Shown here one piece after another: positions 1-9,119 of a stretch of DNA of 58,443 nucleotides (position 1 is its first letter; every line of letters begins with the position of its first letter). A model generated the notes under the pieces. That model saw only the letters and a list, made by a program, of their open reading frames with translations. It was not told where the DNA came from and made no database searches. The DNA is taken from IMG/VR virus record IMGVR_UViG_3300020151_000200, positions 1 through 58,443 of that record; one strand, 5' to 3'. Source of the DNA: a virus (Duplodnaviria; Caudoviricetes). The position numbers and the translations under genes are program-made.

Positions 1-260
1 ATACGCTACGCTTCGCGTTGCTTCGCTTCGCTTGCTATCGTATCGTGTACACATACACCATGCACGTACACATGCCACTGCTACGTAACCGAATCGTATC
101 ACACCAGCTACATATATATATCCTACACAATATCTCGATCGTACGCACGTATCACGACCGAAAAGGTAAATCCTTTTTTCACGATCCCAAATCGGACCGG
201 GGGCTGGGTCATTTCAAAGTCGTTTCCGTTGGGGGTCTACGGTTTTAAAATTCGTATATA
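1..260. other. Non-coding low-complexity region, candidate genome end or origin-proximal region
   Basis: Short repeats (CGCTT/CGCTA, TATCG, CGTAC), G-runs (GGACCGGGGGCTGGG, GTTGGGGGTC) and visibly more CpG than the coding DNA. No credible ORF. Confidence 0.45.
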
Positions 261-322
261 ACCCGTTACTTCTATATTTGTAATACAATTTTTTTTAAAC
301 CACTCTTATTATATATAAAAAT

Positions 323-372
323 AGTGTGACGTTAGGTTATTAAGTATAATACTAGTAGGCTAATGTCGCACT
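323..372. promoter_or_regulatory. Dyad site GTGTGACGTTAG-N24-CTAATGTCGCAC (copy 1)
   Basis: Imperfect inverted repeat at 324-335/360-371. A near-identical dyad lies at 55384-55432. Confidence 0.7.
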
Positions 373-391
373 GTAAATATGGTGTACTATG

Positions 392-404
392 CGTGATAGT
401 ATAA
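392..404 (+). promoter_or_regulatory. Putative late-type promoter element (CGTGATAGTATAA)
   Basis: Shares the GTRATW-AT-rich core seen in intergenic gaps at 9120, 12723, 24010 and 53961(-). Lies about 35 nt before ATG 428. Confidence 0.5.
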
Positions 405-427
405 ACTATAACTTAAAATATTTTATT

Positions 428-934
428 ATGAGAACATCAGGAACTAAACCAATGAAAAATACAATGAGAAAACAATCACCAATTAAAATGTCTACAACTA
501 AAACTACAAAGCAATCACCGTTAAAATTTATAGCCGTTTCACAAGCAATTAAAGATAGCGAAAGAAGAGTGGAGGATGCAGCTTATGCAATGAGAGAAAA
601 GCAACGAAGTGGTGCATCAAGTGCTAAGACTACAAAAGCAGAGTATTTAAAAGGTAAAAAATCAGCTACTACTGAGACTGCTGCTGACGCTAAAGCAAGG
701 CAAGAAAAAGTTAAAGCAGACAGAGCAGGGTCTAAGATGGATCGCGCTGCCGCTGCTAAAGCTAAAATGGATAAATACAAATCTGGTTCTAAGAGTACAA
801 CTAGTACGGAAACTTCAACTAAAGAGGTCGCTCCTAAATCTAATCCTGCTGGTAAGCCTGCATCAAGCACAGAAACTTCAGCTAAAGTGCCCACGATGCA
901 AATGAAGAAGTCTAATATGAAAAAAAAGTGTTAA
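428..934 (+). CDS. Lys/Ser/Thr-rich low-complexity protein, putative virion internal protein
   Basis: ORF 389..934. ATG 428 preferred for its AT-rich leader downstream of the promoter motif. KQSPIKM/KQSPLKF repeats; ends KKKC. Confidence 0.7.
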   Translation: MRTSGTKPMKNTMRKQSPIKMSTTKTTKQSPLKFIAVSQAIKDSERRVEDAAYAMREKQRSGASSAKTTKAEYLKGKKSATTETAADAKARQEKVKADRAGSKMDRAAAAKAKMDKYKSGSKSTTSTETSTKEVAPKSNPAGKPASSTETSAKVPTMQMKKSNMKKKC

Positions 935-937
935 GCT

Positions 938-1798
938 ATGGCGTTTAAATTAAGAAATCAATCTCCTGTAACACAGTCAAAGCCGGATAGTAACCCATTT
1001 AAGTCTCCTCCCATCCCAAAAAAGGGAGATAAAATAGGAACTAGCGAGGACCTTGACCGCAACGGGAAAGCAAAAACACGCTATTATCTTGGTGATAGGG
1101 AATTAAACGAGAAAGAATCAACGCTATTTAGAAATCAGGATGCTCAAAAAGCTACACATAAACGTCAAGACTATAATAGATCACAGCCTCATGCGACTAC
1201 TAGAGCATTAATGGATGTTACTGGAGTTAGCCAATGGGATGAAGCTGGATTAGCTGCTAGGGATTTAAAACAAATGACAAAATCAGCGTTAGGGTTTAAA
1301 AGTGCTGAAGGATATAAATGGAATACGGACCGTGCAATTGCAGATGCTTTTGATATAATCGGAGCTGTTCCTATTTATGGAAGAGTTAAAGCTGCTCAAT
1401 CCGGGCTTAAACTTGCAAAAAGCGCTGTAAAGCCAGCTGCTACTATTGCAAAAAAAATAGCCGGTCACGCGGCAGTAACTTTAACAGGAGCTGCGGCTAA
1501 TGCTAATATTGAAAAAAATAAAAAGAAATCGCCGGCACAACAAAACTCACCTTTGTTGAAACAAAAGTTATCTGCAAAAGCTGCTAAAGCAAAAGCGGTA
1601 AGAGACTTAAGATATGCAAAAACCGATGACAGAAGAACAAAGAAAGCTCACTCACAAAGGATGCATCGTAAACATCCGGGTAACAATGGTAAAGACTATG
1701 ACCACGAGGATGGCAGATTTGAAAGCGTAAAACAAAACCGCGGTAATGAGGGGGAGGGCACTAAAAAAGAAAGTGGTAAAAAATACAAGTTGAAATAA
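938..1798 (+). CDS. Modular basic protein with MAFKL leader and C-terminal degenerate HNH-like domain
   Basis: 286 aa. SP motifs flank the modules. C-terminal GKDYDH...SVKQNRG resembles small phage HNH-like proteins. Confidence 0.65.
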   Translation: MAFKLRNQSPVTQSKPDSNPFKSPPIPKKGDKIGTSEDLDRNGKAKTRYYLGDRELNEKESTLFRNQDAQKATHKRQDYNRSQPHATTRALMDVTGVSQWDEAGLAARDLKQMTKSALGFKSAEGYKWNTDRAIADAFDIIGAVPIYGRVKAAQSGLKLAKSAVKPAATIAKKIAGHAAVTLTGAAANANIEKNKKKSPAQQNSPLLKQKLSAKAAKAKAVRDLRYAKTDDRRTKKAHSQRMHRKHPGNNGKDYDHEDGRFESVKQNRGNEGEGTKKESGKKYKLK

Positions 1799-2055
1799 TG
1801 GCTACGCAAAGATTTATGGGTAAAGGCCAATTAGTTGATAGATTAATGGCACAAGTTGGTAGTAGATCATTAGCTATGGGTATATTAAAGAAGAGAGGTG
1901 ATATGACTGATTCTGGGGAACTAACAGTTAAAGGTAGGAAAAGAAATAATATGACCGCTGAGGAAAGAGCAAAAGACCGCGCCTCAAAAGCTAGTGGTAA
2001 ACCGGATAGTAGTTTTATATATAATCCAAGAACTAATACAACAAGATTAAAATGA
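1798..2055 (+). CDS. Small basic phage hypothetical protein
   Basis: 85 aa, translationally coupled (TAATG) to the upstream gene. Confidence 0.75.
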   Translation: MATQRFMGKGQLVDRLMAQVGSRSLAMGILKKRGDMTDSGELTVKGRKRNNMTAEERAKDRASKASGKPDSSFIYNPRTNTTRLK

Positions 2056-2417
2056 ACATGAAAGGCATAGGCCCTCAGGGATTGGGCACAAGTAAAACCA
2101 ACGGATACACTATTGGCGAAGGCAAAGATTGCGGGTGTAGTCCTTTACATAAAACTGCTGCGTGGACACGCAAAGAAGGTAAAGATCCTAAAGGCGGATT
2201 AAACGCAAAAGGTGTTGCAAGTTATAGAGCAGCTAATCCTGGAAGTAAATTGCAAACAGCTGTTACTAAAAAACCATCGGAGTTAAAAGCTGGTAGTAAA
2301 GATGCAAAGCGTAGAAAATCTTTCTGTGCTAGAATGTCTGGCATGCCGGGGCCTATGAAAAAACCGAATGGTGAGCCAACAAGAAAAAAATTAGCATTAG
2401 ACAAATGGAACTGTTAA
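2052..2417 (+). CDS. DUF6321-like basic phage protein with N-terminal extension
   Basis: TAAWTRKEGK.PKGGLNAKG...RRKSFCARMSG...KW.C signature. Confidence 0.75.
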   Translation: MNMKGIGPQGLGTSKTNGYTIGEGKDCGCSPLHKTAAWTRKEGKDPKGGLNAKGVASYRAANPGSKLQTAVTKKPSELKAGSKDAKRRKSFCARMSGMPGPMKKPNGEPTRKKLALDKWNC

Positions 2418-2551
2418 AAAGAAAAGATGGATCTAAGTCAAGACGTGGACTTTGGGATAATATTAGAGAGAACAAAGGTAGTGGTAAAAAACCAACCAAA
2501 GCAATGCTATCGGAAGCAAAAAAAATAAAAGCTAAAACTAAAAAGAAATAA
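2405..2551 (+). CDS. 48-aa Lys-rich protein (not in ORF track)
   Basis: Manual translation MELLKRKDGSKSRRGLWDNIRENKGSGKKPTKAMLSEAKKIKAKTKKK. Fills the gap between neighbours. Confidence 0.7.
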   Translation: MELLKRKDGSKSRRGLWDNIRENKGSGKKPTKAMLSEAKKIKAKTKKK

Positions 2552-2553
2552 TT

Positions 2554-2865
2554 ATGAAACCATCAATATTAAAACATTGTTCTGGAAGAAACTATAACTC
2601 CCCTTTTCATCAAGAAAACAAAGAAAGAAGTTTTAGTGCAGATTTAAATATAGATAAAGAACAAAAAATGATTTCCCCCTCGCTAAGCGCCACGTCTGGA
2701 AACTTAAGTGCAAATGCTGGAGCTAATATATCACCTATGGGTAAATCATACAATGCTGGAATTGGCTTTAATAAAGGTGGATTCCATGCTGGAGTAGGAA
2801 TATCAGGTGCCGACAAAAGCAAACCTAATGTTACAGCTAATTTAGGTTATAGTAAAAACTTTTAA
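2554..2865 (+). CDS. Gly-rich amphipathic beta-strand protein
   Basis: 103 aa. Alternating strands (LSANAGANIS, YNAGIGFNK, FHAGVGIS) and C-terminal ANLGYSKNF. Confidence 0.7.
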   Translation: MKPSILKHCSGRNYNSPFHQENKERSFSADLNIDKEQKMISPSLSATSGNLSANAGANISPMGKSYNAGIGFNKGGFHAGVGISGADKSKPNVTANLGYSKNF

Positions 2866-2875
2866 ATAATAAACA

Positions 2876-3184
2876 ATGGCAATAATATATAGTTATCCGC
2901 ACGCAACTCCTACTATAAATGATATGGTATTAGGAGCCAGGTTTAGAGAGAGTGAAGGCATATCTACTAATTCTTTTTATATATCTGACTTAGTAAATTT
3001 AATGAGTACTACAACAGAGGTATATACTGGAGTAAGTCCATTAAGCAAAGCAGACTTAAATGAATTATACCCAAATGCAATGATTGGATTTAAAGTTCAA
3101 GCCATCGATCCTGAAGTATTGGTCATATATGAAAAAACCTCATCTAATGATTGGTTAATATATTCTATAGAAATAGTATCATAA
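2876..3184 (+). CDS. Putative structural or tail-associated protein
   Basis: N-terminus MAIIYSYP...D.VLG parallels that of the next gene (MPISNSYP...DLFVG). Confidence 0.6.
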   Translation: MAIIYSYPHATPTINDMVLGARFRESEGISTNSFYISDLVNLMSTTTEVYTGVSPLSKADLNELYPNAMIGFKVQAIDPEVLVIYEKTSSNDWLIYSIEIVS

Positions 3185-3187
3185 AAA

Positions 3188-4522
3188 ATGCCAATATCTA
3201 ATTCATATCCAAAGGGCGTACCTATTGAGGATCAGGATTTATTTGTAGGAACTAAAGCTACTAATAATAGAACAGTAAATTATACTGCTCAGGGAGTTGC
3301 GGATTACTTGAATATAAATTCAAAGGTTTCTATTGGAGGACAAATGTCATTCCAGTTTGTTACCGTGCCTAACGTAGCTAAGACTATAGCGTTTGATGGT
3401 GGGGGCGGTGACAATACCGCGTTTTCAGCAATAACTAAATTAATTGTTTCGGCTGTTGATGCGTCTACTGCAAATATAACTATATTTTTAAACTATTTAA
3501 ACAATAGTCAAATATTATTATCAGAACAGAATCAACCAAACTTTTTTGGACATTATAAAATAACGGGGTATACGCAAATAGGTACATCGGCATTCTATGA
3601 ATTAGATTTAGAATTTATTGGCGGTAATGGAACTATTTTTGATAAACAGTATTATGATTTAGTCTCATTTGTTTTAAGTACTGAGGTTACTACTCCAACG
3701 CTTCAAGAAGTTACTGATGCAGGAAATATTACTACTAATTCAATAACTGTTGCAGGTATATATTCAGGAAATTTATATTCAGATGGATATAATTTTGGAA
3801 TTAGTGATAATTATGATACTAACTATAATTTATTGTATCAACCTTATAGTGGTTTAGAAATAACTAACACTTCTGATCATGTTTATATTTATCAAGACGC
3901 AAGTATAGGATTCCAAAATTTTGCAGGCGGATATGGTAATTTAAGATCAGATTTTGTAACAGGTTCTTGGTCTTGGCAGTTTCCTGACGCTTCAGGCACT
4001 TTAGCTTTAACTTCTAATGTAGGTACATGGGGAGCATTAAATTATCCTACATGGACTACAGGCACACCATTTGTAAAGATGACTGCTGCAGGAACATTTG
4101 CATTAGACACTACATCATATTATCCTTATCCAACAGGTACAATATCTCAATATATCAGAGGAGATGGTACATTAGCTACATTTCCAAGTGTAGCTACCCC
4201 AACACTTCAACAGGTAACAACAGCAGGTAATACTACTACAGATTCTATATTCCTTCAGAGTGGATTATCGCCTAATTCGGTAATTTTATCAAATGGCTAT
4301 ATTTCTCTTTCCAATAATATTACAAATAGACAAATTACAATATCTACAAGTAATGACATCTCATTTTCAGATGGAGCGGGTAATAGTCTTTACTTAAAAT
4401 CGCCTACTACTATTACAGCTACAAATACTCAAACACTACAAAATGCAAGTGGCACAATAGCTTTACTTTCTGACATACCAACAGTTGGATTTGAACAAAA
4501 TTTTTTATTAATGGGATCGTAA
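3188..4522 (+). CDS. Tail fibre-like protein with duplicated module
   Basis: 444 aa, T/S/G-rich. TPTLQEVTDAGNITT and TPTLQQVTTAGNTTT repeats, xASGTxAL repeats, YIRGDGT fibre motif. Confidence 0.7.
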   Translation: MPISNSYPKGVPIEDQDLFVGTKATNNRTVNYTAQGVADYLNINSKVSIGGQMSFQFVTVPNVAKTIAFDGGGGDNTAFSAITKLIVSAVDASTANITIFLNYLNNSQILLSEQNQPNFFGHYKITGYTQIGTSAFYELDLEFIGGNGTIFDKQYYDLVSFVLSTEVTTPTLQEVTDAGNITTNSITVAGIYSGNLYSDGYNFGISDNYDTNYNLLYQPYSGLEITNTSDHVYIYQDASIGFQNFAGGYGNLRSDFVTGSWSWQFPDASGTLALTSNVGTWGALNYPTWTTGTPFVKMTAAGTFALDTTSYYPYPTGTISQYIRGDGTLATFPSVATPTLQQVTTAGNTTTDSIFLQSGLSPNSVILSNGYISLSNNITNRQITISTSNDISFSDGAGNSLYLKSPTTITATNTQTLQNASGTIALLSDIPTVGFEQNFLLMGS

Positions 4523-4525
4523 ATT

Positions 4526-4855
4526 ATGGCAAACGTATACAAAATACTAGGGCAGGTAAGTCCTTCAGCAACAACACCTACAGATTTATATACTGTACCT
4601 GCAGCAACGTCTGCTGTGTGTAGTTCTATATCAATCTGCAACTTAGCAGCAACACAAACTTCATTTAGAGTTAGTATATCTCAAGGAGGTGCTGCAACAA
4701 CAAATAAAGACTATCTTTATTACGATATACTTCTTGCAGGTAATGATACATTTATTGCAACAATAGGTGTTACATTAGCAGCAACAGACAAGATAAGAGT
4801 TTATTCAGGAAATAGTAGCCTAGCCTTTCAGGTATGGGGTACTGAAATATCATAA
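4526..4855 (+). CDS. Small beta-rich virion or fibre-associated protein
   Basis: 109 aa. LYTVPAAT...SISICN pattern typical of phage fibre-cluster proteins. Confidence 0.6.
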   Translation: MANVYKILGQVSPSATTPTDLYTVPAATSAVCSSISICNLAATQTSFRVSISQGGAATTNKDYLYYDILLAGNDTFIATIGVTLAATDKIRVYSGNSSLAFQVWGTEIS

Positions 4856-4857
4856 CT

Positions 4858-6108
4858 ATGGCACAGAACTATTCAGGTTACAGTATAATAGACCCAGATG
4901 TAGCTATCAGAGATAGTGCAAACCTGGATGCATTCAGTAGATTGAGAGTGTCCAATCCTCTTATTCTACATAATTCTCAGCTTACATATGACCTTGCTCC
5001 TATTATTATGGAGCAAATAACAAATGGAACTGGCGCTACTATTACTCATGACTCTACAAATAGACAAGCGCTAATGACGTTTAGTTCTACTCCTACAGGA
5101 GGTAAAGCATTTATGCAGAGTTATGAATATTTACCATATCAGCCAGGTAGGTCTCAGCTTATATTTGTTACATTTAATATGATTGCTGATGTAGCTAACA
5201 CATTAAAGTTTGCAGGATATTCAGATGGTGTAAATGGAATTGAGTTTCAGTTAAGTGGATCCACCAAACAATTTGTTGTTTATTCTGCTAGTTCTGCTGG
5301 TAATGAAACTGTTACACAATCTTCTTGGAATTTAGATAAGTTAGATGGTACAGGTGCTAGTGGAATAACACTTGACATAACTAAGACACAAATTTTAGTT
5401 ATAGATGTGCAGGCTTTATATGTTGGTAGAGTAAGAATGGGGTTTGATATTGGAGGTCAAATTATATATGCTCATGAATTTTTACACGCTAATATATTTT
5501 CTTCACCATACGTGCAATCAGCCAACCTTCCTGTTAGATGTGGTATGACTTGTACAGGAACAGTGTCTACAACAATGAATTTCATATGTTCTGCTGTAAT
5601 ATCTGAAGGAGGCTCTGAAGACATTAATGTTTATGGATATACATTCCAACAAGACTCAGGTGTTATAAGTGTTACAACTGGAGGAACACACATGATTAGC
5701 CTTAGACCAAGAACAACATTTAATAGTATTGCAAATAGAACAAGGGTGGCATATATAGATGTTGAAATATACAATGCTGGAAACCAACCTATTCAATGGC
5801 AATTATGTATTGGTCAGGCTTTAACAGGAACAACAACATACAATAATGTAAACACTGCATATAGCTCAAGCGAGTATAATATTTTAGGTACTCTAAGTGG
5901 AAGTCCTACAATCGTAATAGATGGAGGTTATGTAGCTTCTTCTGGAGGTGCTAAAGGTGTAACAAACACAGCTATTGTATCTCGTTATCCAATTACACTA
6001 GACGCAGCAGGTTTACAAAGAACTTTAGGAACGCTAACTTTAAAAGCTACATCATTAAGTGGTACACAAACTGTTTATGCTTCAATAAAATTTAGAGAAA
6101 TTAGATAG
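4858..6108 (+). CDS. Beta-sandwich virion or receptor-binding-like protein
   Basis: 416 aa. DAFSRLRVS, YQPGRSQ and WNLDKLDGTG motifs of a widespread viral family; located in the fibre cluster. Confidence 0.6.
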   Translation: MAQNYSGYSIIDPDVAIRDSANLDAFSRLRVSNPLILHNSQLTYDLAPIIMEQITNGTGATITHDSTNRQALMTFSSTPTGGKAFMQSYEYLPYQPGRSQLIFVTFNMIADVANTLKFAGYSDGVNGIEFQLSGSTKQFVVYSASSAGNETVTQSSWNLDKLDGTGASGITLDITKTQILVIDVQALYVGRVRMGFDIGGQIIYAHEFLHANIFSSPYVQSANLPVRCGMTCTGTVSTTMNFICSAVISEGGSEDINVYGYTFQQDSGVISVTTGGTHMISLRPRTTFNSIANRTRVAYIDVEIYNAGNQPIQWQLCIGQALTGTTTYNNVNTAYSSSEYNILGTLSGSPTIVIDGGYVASSGGAKGVTNTAIVSRYPITLDAAGLQRTLGTLTLKATSLSGTQTVYASIKFREIR

Positions 6109-6109
6109 T

Positions 6110-6913
6110 ATGGCACAAGGAACAACAAGGGGAGTACCCATAGATATAGATCCACTATTAGCTGCAGATAGTGATCTTTTAGTACCTTCACAGAAGGCTG
6201 CAAAGTCATATATCGATAATGGTCTTAGTAATAAACAAAATGCTTTAGGTTTTACTCCTGAAAATGTAGCTAATAAAGAGAATACAACTTTAGATACATC
6301 AACGACTAAATATCCAACTAATAGACTAACTAAAGAATATGCTGATGCAAAGGTAGCAGATAGTATTACAAATGGAGTTACAACCATTGCTCCAAGTCAA
6401 AACGCAGTATTTGATGCATTAGCTTTAAAACAAAATGCTTTAGGATACACACCTTATCGATATGTAAACGCAACTAGAGCTACATATTTAGCAAGCGTTA
6501 TAGGTGTTGCAGAATATACTGTTGCTCAGACAACTATTCTTGGTAGCACGTTCAGTACCACTGATGTAATGAAAATGATTACAAGATTTAGTAAGCCCTC
6601 AGGAGCAGGAAGTGTAACTTTAAGAGTTAAAATTAATACAACAAATACATTAGTTGGAGCAACACAAATAGCTTTGTTGACTTTAGCAGCAGCAAACACC
6701 ACGTCCTTGTTAACTAGAACTTTTAATTTAAGTGGAGGTAATTTATATGGATACAATTTTGCATCATCATTAGCTCTTGACCTTATAGCTACAAACACAG
6801 TTGGATCTTCTACTGCTTATACAACTACAAGTGATTTATATGTATTTTTTACCGTACAAATTGCAAATGCCGCAGACTCTATAACATTTGAATTAGCAAA
6901 CATTACAAATTAG
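6110..6913 (+). CDS. Tail fibre protein
   Basis: KQNALG[FY]TP repeats, ENVANK and APSQNAVFDAL fibre-shaft motifs, beta-rich C-terminal tip. Confidence 0.7.
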   Translation: MAQGTTRGVPIDIDPLLAADSDLLVPSQKAAKSYIDNGLSNKQNALGFTPENVANKENTTLDTSTTKYPTNRLTKEYADAKVADSITNGVTTIAPSQNAVFDALALKQNALGYTPYRYVNATRATYLASVIGVAEYTVAQTTILGSTFSTTDVMKMITRFSKPSGAGSVTLRVKINTTNTLVGATQIALLTLAAANTTSLLTRTFNLSGGNLYGYNFASSLALDLIATNTVGSSTAYTTTSDLYVFFTVQIANAADSITFELANITN

Positions 6914-6914
6914 A

Positions 6915-7352
6915 ATGAAGACAATAATTAATAAATTATCAGGAAAAGTATTATTTGCAATTGAAAATTGGACAGATACAGAAACGGTGATTGGTATAGA
7001 CGAAATATTAATAGAGAATTTTGTAATTCCTTATTTCAATCAATCAACCCGAGTATTTTATGAGGGCGCAACGCAACAAGAAATTGATGAAGCTAATAAA
7101 CTTATTGTTTCTGATGAAGTACAACTTTGGAGAATTAGAACTATTTTAAATTTAATGAATTTAGTACCTACTATTGAAAGTGCTTTAGACCAATTAGAAG
7201 AACCAACACAAACTGCTGCTAAAAATGTTTGGAACTATGGCACAACAGTAGAGAGATATAGCCAAGCTGTTTTATTTATTCAATCTGTTTTAGGATTAAC
7301 AGATGCACAAACTGATGATATATTTATACAAGCACAAAATATAACATTATGA
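6915..7352 (+). CDS. Putative tail fibre assembly or chaperone protein
   Basis: Follows the fibre gene. C-terminal W.Y.T.VER....LGLTDAQ.DDIF motif common in such genes. Confidence 0.55.
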   Translation: MKTIINKLSGKVLFAIENWTDTETVIGIDEILIENFVIPYFNQSTRVFYEGATQQEIDEANKLIVSDEVQLWRIRTILNLMNLVPTIESALDQLEEPTQTAAKNVWNYGTTVERYSQAVLFIQSVLGLTDAQTDDIFIQAQNITL

Positions 7353-7693
7353 AATTAAGGGACAGCTTTCACATTTTTATTGGGTTTGCAATTATGTATT
7401 TAATTGGCAGCGTTACAGATTTCGCAGAATTTACACTTGACGGAAAAATTATAGGAGTTCCTATAGCATCCGCATTTATAGGTGCGATGATAGGATTCTT
7501 TTGGGAGTGGGCTCAGGCGGTAATTATAAAGTCTTACTTTGACGTTATGGATATAGTAAGGACAGGTGTTGGCACATTTGCGGGTGGGTTATTTAGTTTA
7601 TGGTTTCCAGATATAAAGTGGTTAATGATTAGCACTTGTGTTATATCAACGCTTTTAGTATTAAACGATTTAAAATATTTTTTAAAAAAATGA
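7349..7693 (+). CDS. Integral membrane protein (about 4 TM segments)
   Basis: 114 aa with four hydrophobic stretches; adjacent to the lysis genes. Confidence 0.7.
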   Translation: MKLRDSFHIFIGFAIMYLIGSVTDFAEFTLDGKIIGVPIASAFIGAMIGFFWEWAQAVIIKSYFDVMDIVRTGVGTFAGGLFSLWFPDIKWLMISTCVISTLLVLNDLKYFLKK

Positions 7694-7896
7694 GTAGAAA
7701 AAATTTAGACGCATTAATAAATAAATGGATAAGTAGAAAATTATTTGTTTTTTTAGTAGCTAGTGGTTTATTAATGTTTGCAGATCTAGAGTCATCCGAC
7801 TGGGCGTTAATCGCGATAACATATTTAAGCAGCCAAACAATATTAGACTCTGTTATGGTATATTCTAAAATGAAAAACAATAATAGTAATGAATAA
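7690..7896 (+). CDS. Putative holin or antiholin (2 TM)
   Basis: ATG 7690 overlaps the upstream stop (ATGA). SRKLFVFLVASGLL motif and two hydrophobic helices. Confidence 0.55.
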   Translation: MSRKNLDALINKWISRKLFVFLVASGLLMFADLESSDWALIAITYLSSQTILDSVMVYSKMKNNNSNE

Positions 7897-8074
7897 CGTG
7901 CACGACATAAGACTTCTAGTTGTAAACGGTTTTTTAATTAGTTTTACTTTTTCAAATGTGGAATTAGGGCTAAAGATATTGTCTTTATTGCTAGCAATCG
8001 GATATACTGCAAGACGATGGTGGTTAATGGAAAAAAATAAAAAAAATGATAACACAGGAACAACTGATAACTAA
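7889..8074 (+). CDS. Putative holin
   Basis: 61 aa, hydrophobic core with basic C-terminus, directly upstream of the endolysin. Confidence 0.55.
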   Translation: MNNVHDIRLLVVNGFLISFTFSNVELGLKILSLLLAIGYTARRWWLMEKNKKNDNTGTTDN

Positions 8075-8504
8075 ATACGGAATACCAAACGAGAGTGGTA
8101 AAGGATATATTGTACCAATAACTTTACCATATCCAATGTACTATGACGGCAAAAAGGTAACTAAAATACGTTGTCATAAATTGGTCGCTGATAAACTATT
8201 AGCAATCTTTAATGATATATTAGAATTTTATGGGCAAGACGCCATTAGTGATTTAAAGATTGACGATTATGGTGGATGTTTTAATTATCGTTTAATGCGA
8301 GGCGGAACTAAATTAAGTGTGCATAGTTGGGGTTGTGCTATTGACTTAAACCCAAGTAGGAATTTATTAAAAGAAACGTCCAAGACCGCAAGATTTGCTC
8401 GTATGGAGTACAAACCAATGATTGATATATTTTACAAGCATGGTTTTGAAAGTCTAGGCAGAGAGAAGAATTACGATTGGATGCATTTTCAAGTTAAAGA
8501 TTAA
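8046..8504 (+). CDS. Endolysin, peptidase M15 family (L-Ala-D-Glu peptidase-like)
   Basis: FNYR...[12 protein letters not shown]...DWMHFQ zinc-ligand motifs. Confidence 0.9.
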   Translation: MITQEQLITKYGIPNESGKGYIVPITLPYPMYYDGKKVTKIRCHKLVADKLLAIFNDILEFYGQDAISDLKIDDYGGCFNYRLMRGGTKLSVHSWGCAIDLNPSRNLLKETSKTARFARMEYKPMIDIFYKHGFESLGREKNYDWMHFQVKD

Positions 8505-8513
8505 ATTTAAAAA

Positions 8514-9005
8514 ATGAAAAAAATATTATTTATTTTAGTTAGCATTGTATTTATATCTTGTTCTTCAAGAAAAGTATTGGTTGATAAAACTGATATAAAG
8601 AAAGATAGCATTGCAGAAACAAAAGTAGTAGTTACAAAAATAGATACTGTAAACAAAACAGACTCTACAAAAGTAATTATAAATACTGATAGTAGTGAAA
8701 TTGTTATCACACCTATAGATTCAAGTAAAACAATTATAGTTGACGGCAAGAGTTATAAAAACGTAGTTTTAAAGATTAAAAAAAATAAATCTAATACATT
8801 ATATACAAATAACAAAAAGGAAGTTAATATTAAGCGTATTGACTCCGCAACAGTGTCCACAGTAAAAACAAAAGAACACCAAGTTGAAAAAACAAAAATA
8901 ATTGATAAAGAACAAAATTATTGGAGTTTATTTTGGTGGATATTATTAATATTAATTATATATTTATTATGGCGAAACAAACCGCGGTTGTTAAACGTAT
9001 TGTAA
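8514..9005 (+). CDS. Putative unimolecular spanin
   Basis: Lipobox VFISC at residue 16, beta-rich periplasmic part, C-terminal TM (FWWILLILIIYLLW); follows the endolysin. Confidence 0.7.
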   Translation: MKKILFILVSIVFISCSSRKVLVDKTDIKKDSIAETKVVVTKIDTVNKTDSTKVIINTDSSEIVITPIDSSKTIIVDGKSYKNVVLKIKKNKSNTLYTNNKKEVNIKRIDSATVSTVKTKEHQVEKTKIIDKEQNYWSLFWWILLILIIYLLWRNKPRLLNVL

Positions 9006-9100
9006 AAAATATTGCAAGACCGGGCATTCATGCTAAATCCAAAACATCTAATTTAAAAACATCTAAAAATTATAAAAAATTATCTAGAGGACAAGGATAG
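8969..9100 (+). CDS. 43-aa basic protein (not in ORF track)
   Basis: Manual translation MAKQTAVVKRIVKNIARPGIHAKSKTSNLKTSKNYKKLSRGQG. RGQG-ending small phage proteins are common. Confidence 0.7.
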   Translation: MAKQTAVVKRIVKNIARPGIHAKSKTSNLKTSKNYKKLSRGQG

Positions 9101-9119
9101 GTAAAAAAAAATAAAAACA

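Noticed and set aside
18-248. 76-aa ORF at the window start
   Set aside because: Non-ATG start, low-complexity repeat DNA and atypical composition; probably non-coding.
2876-7352. Diversity-generating retroelement or invertible fibre cassette
   Set aside because: No reverse transcriptase, invertase or long template/variable repeat pair seen.
9098-9100. Stop-codon reassignment (TAG) as in some crAss-like phages
   Set aside because: All long genes are intact under the standard code, and TAG ends several genes cleanly (6108, 6913, 30165, 44549).
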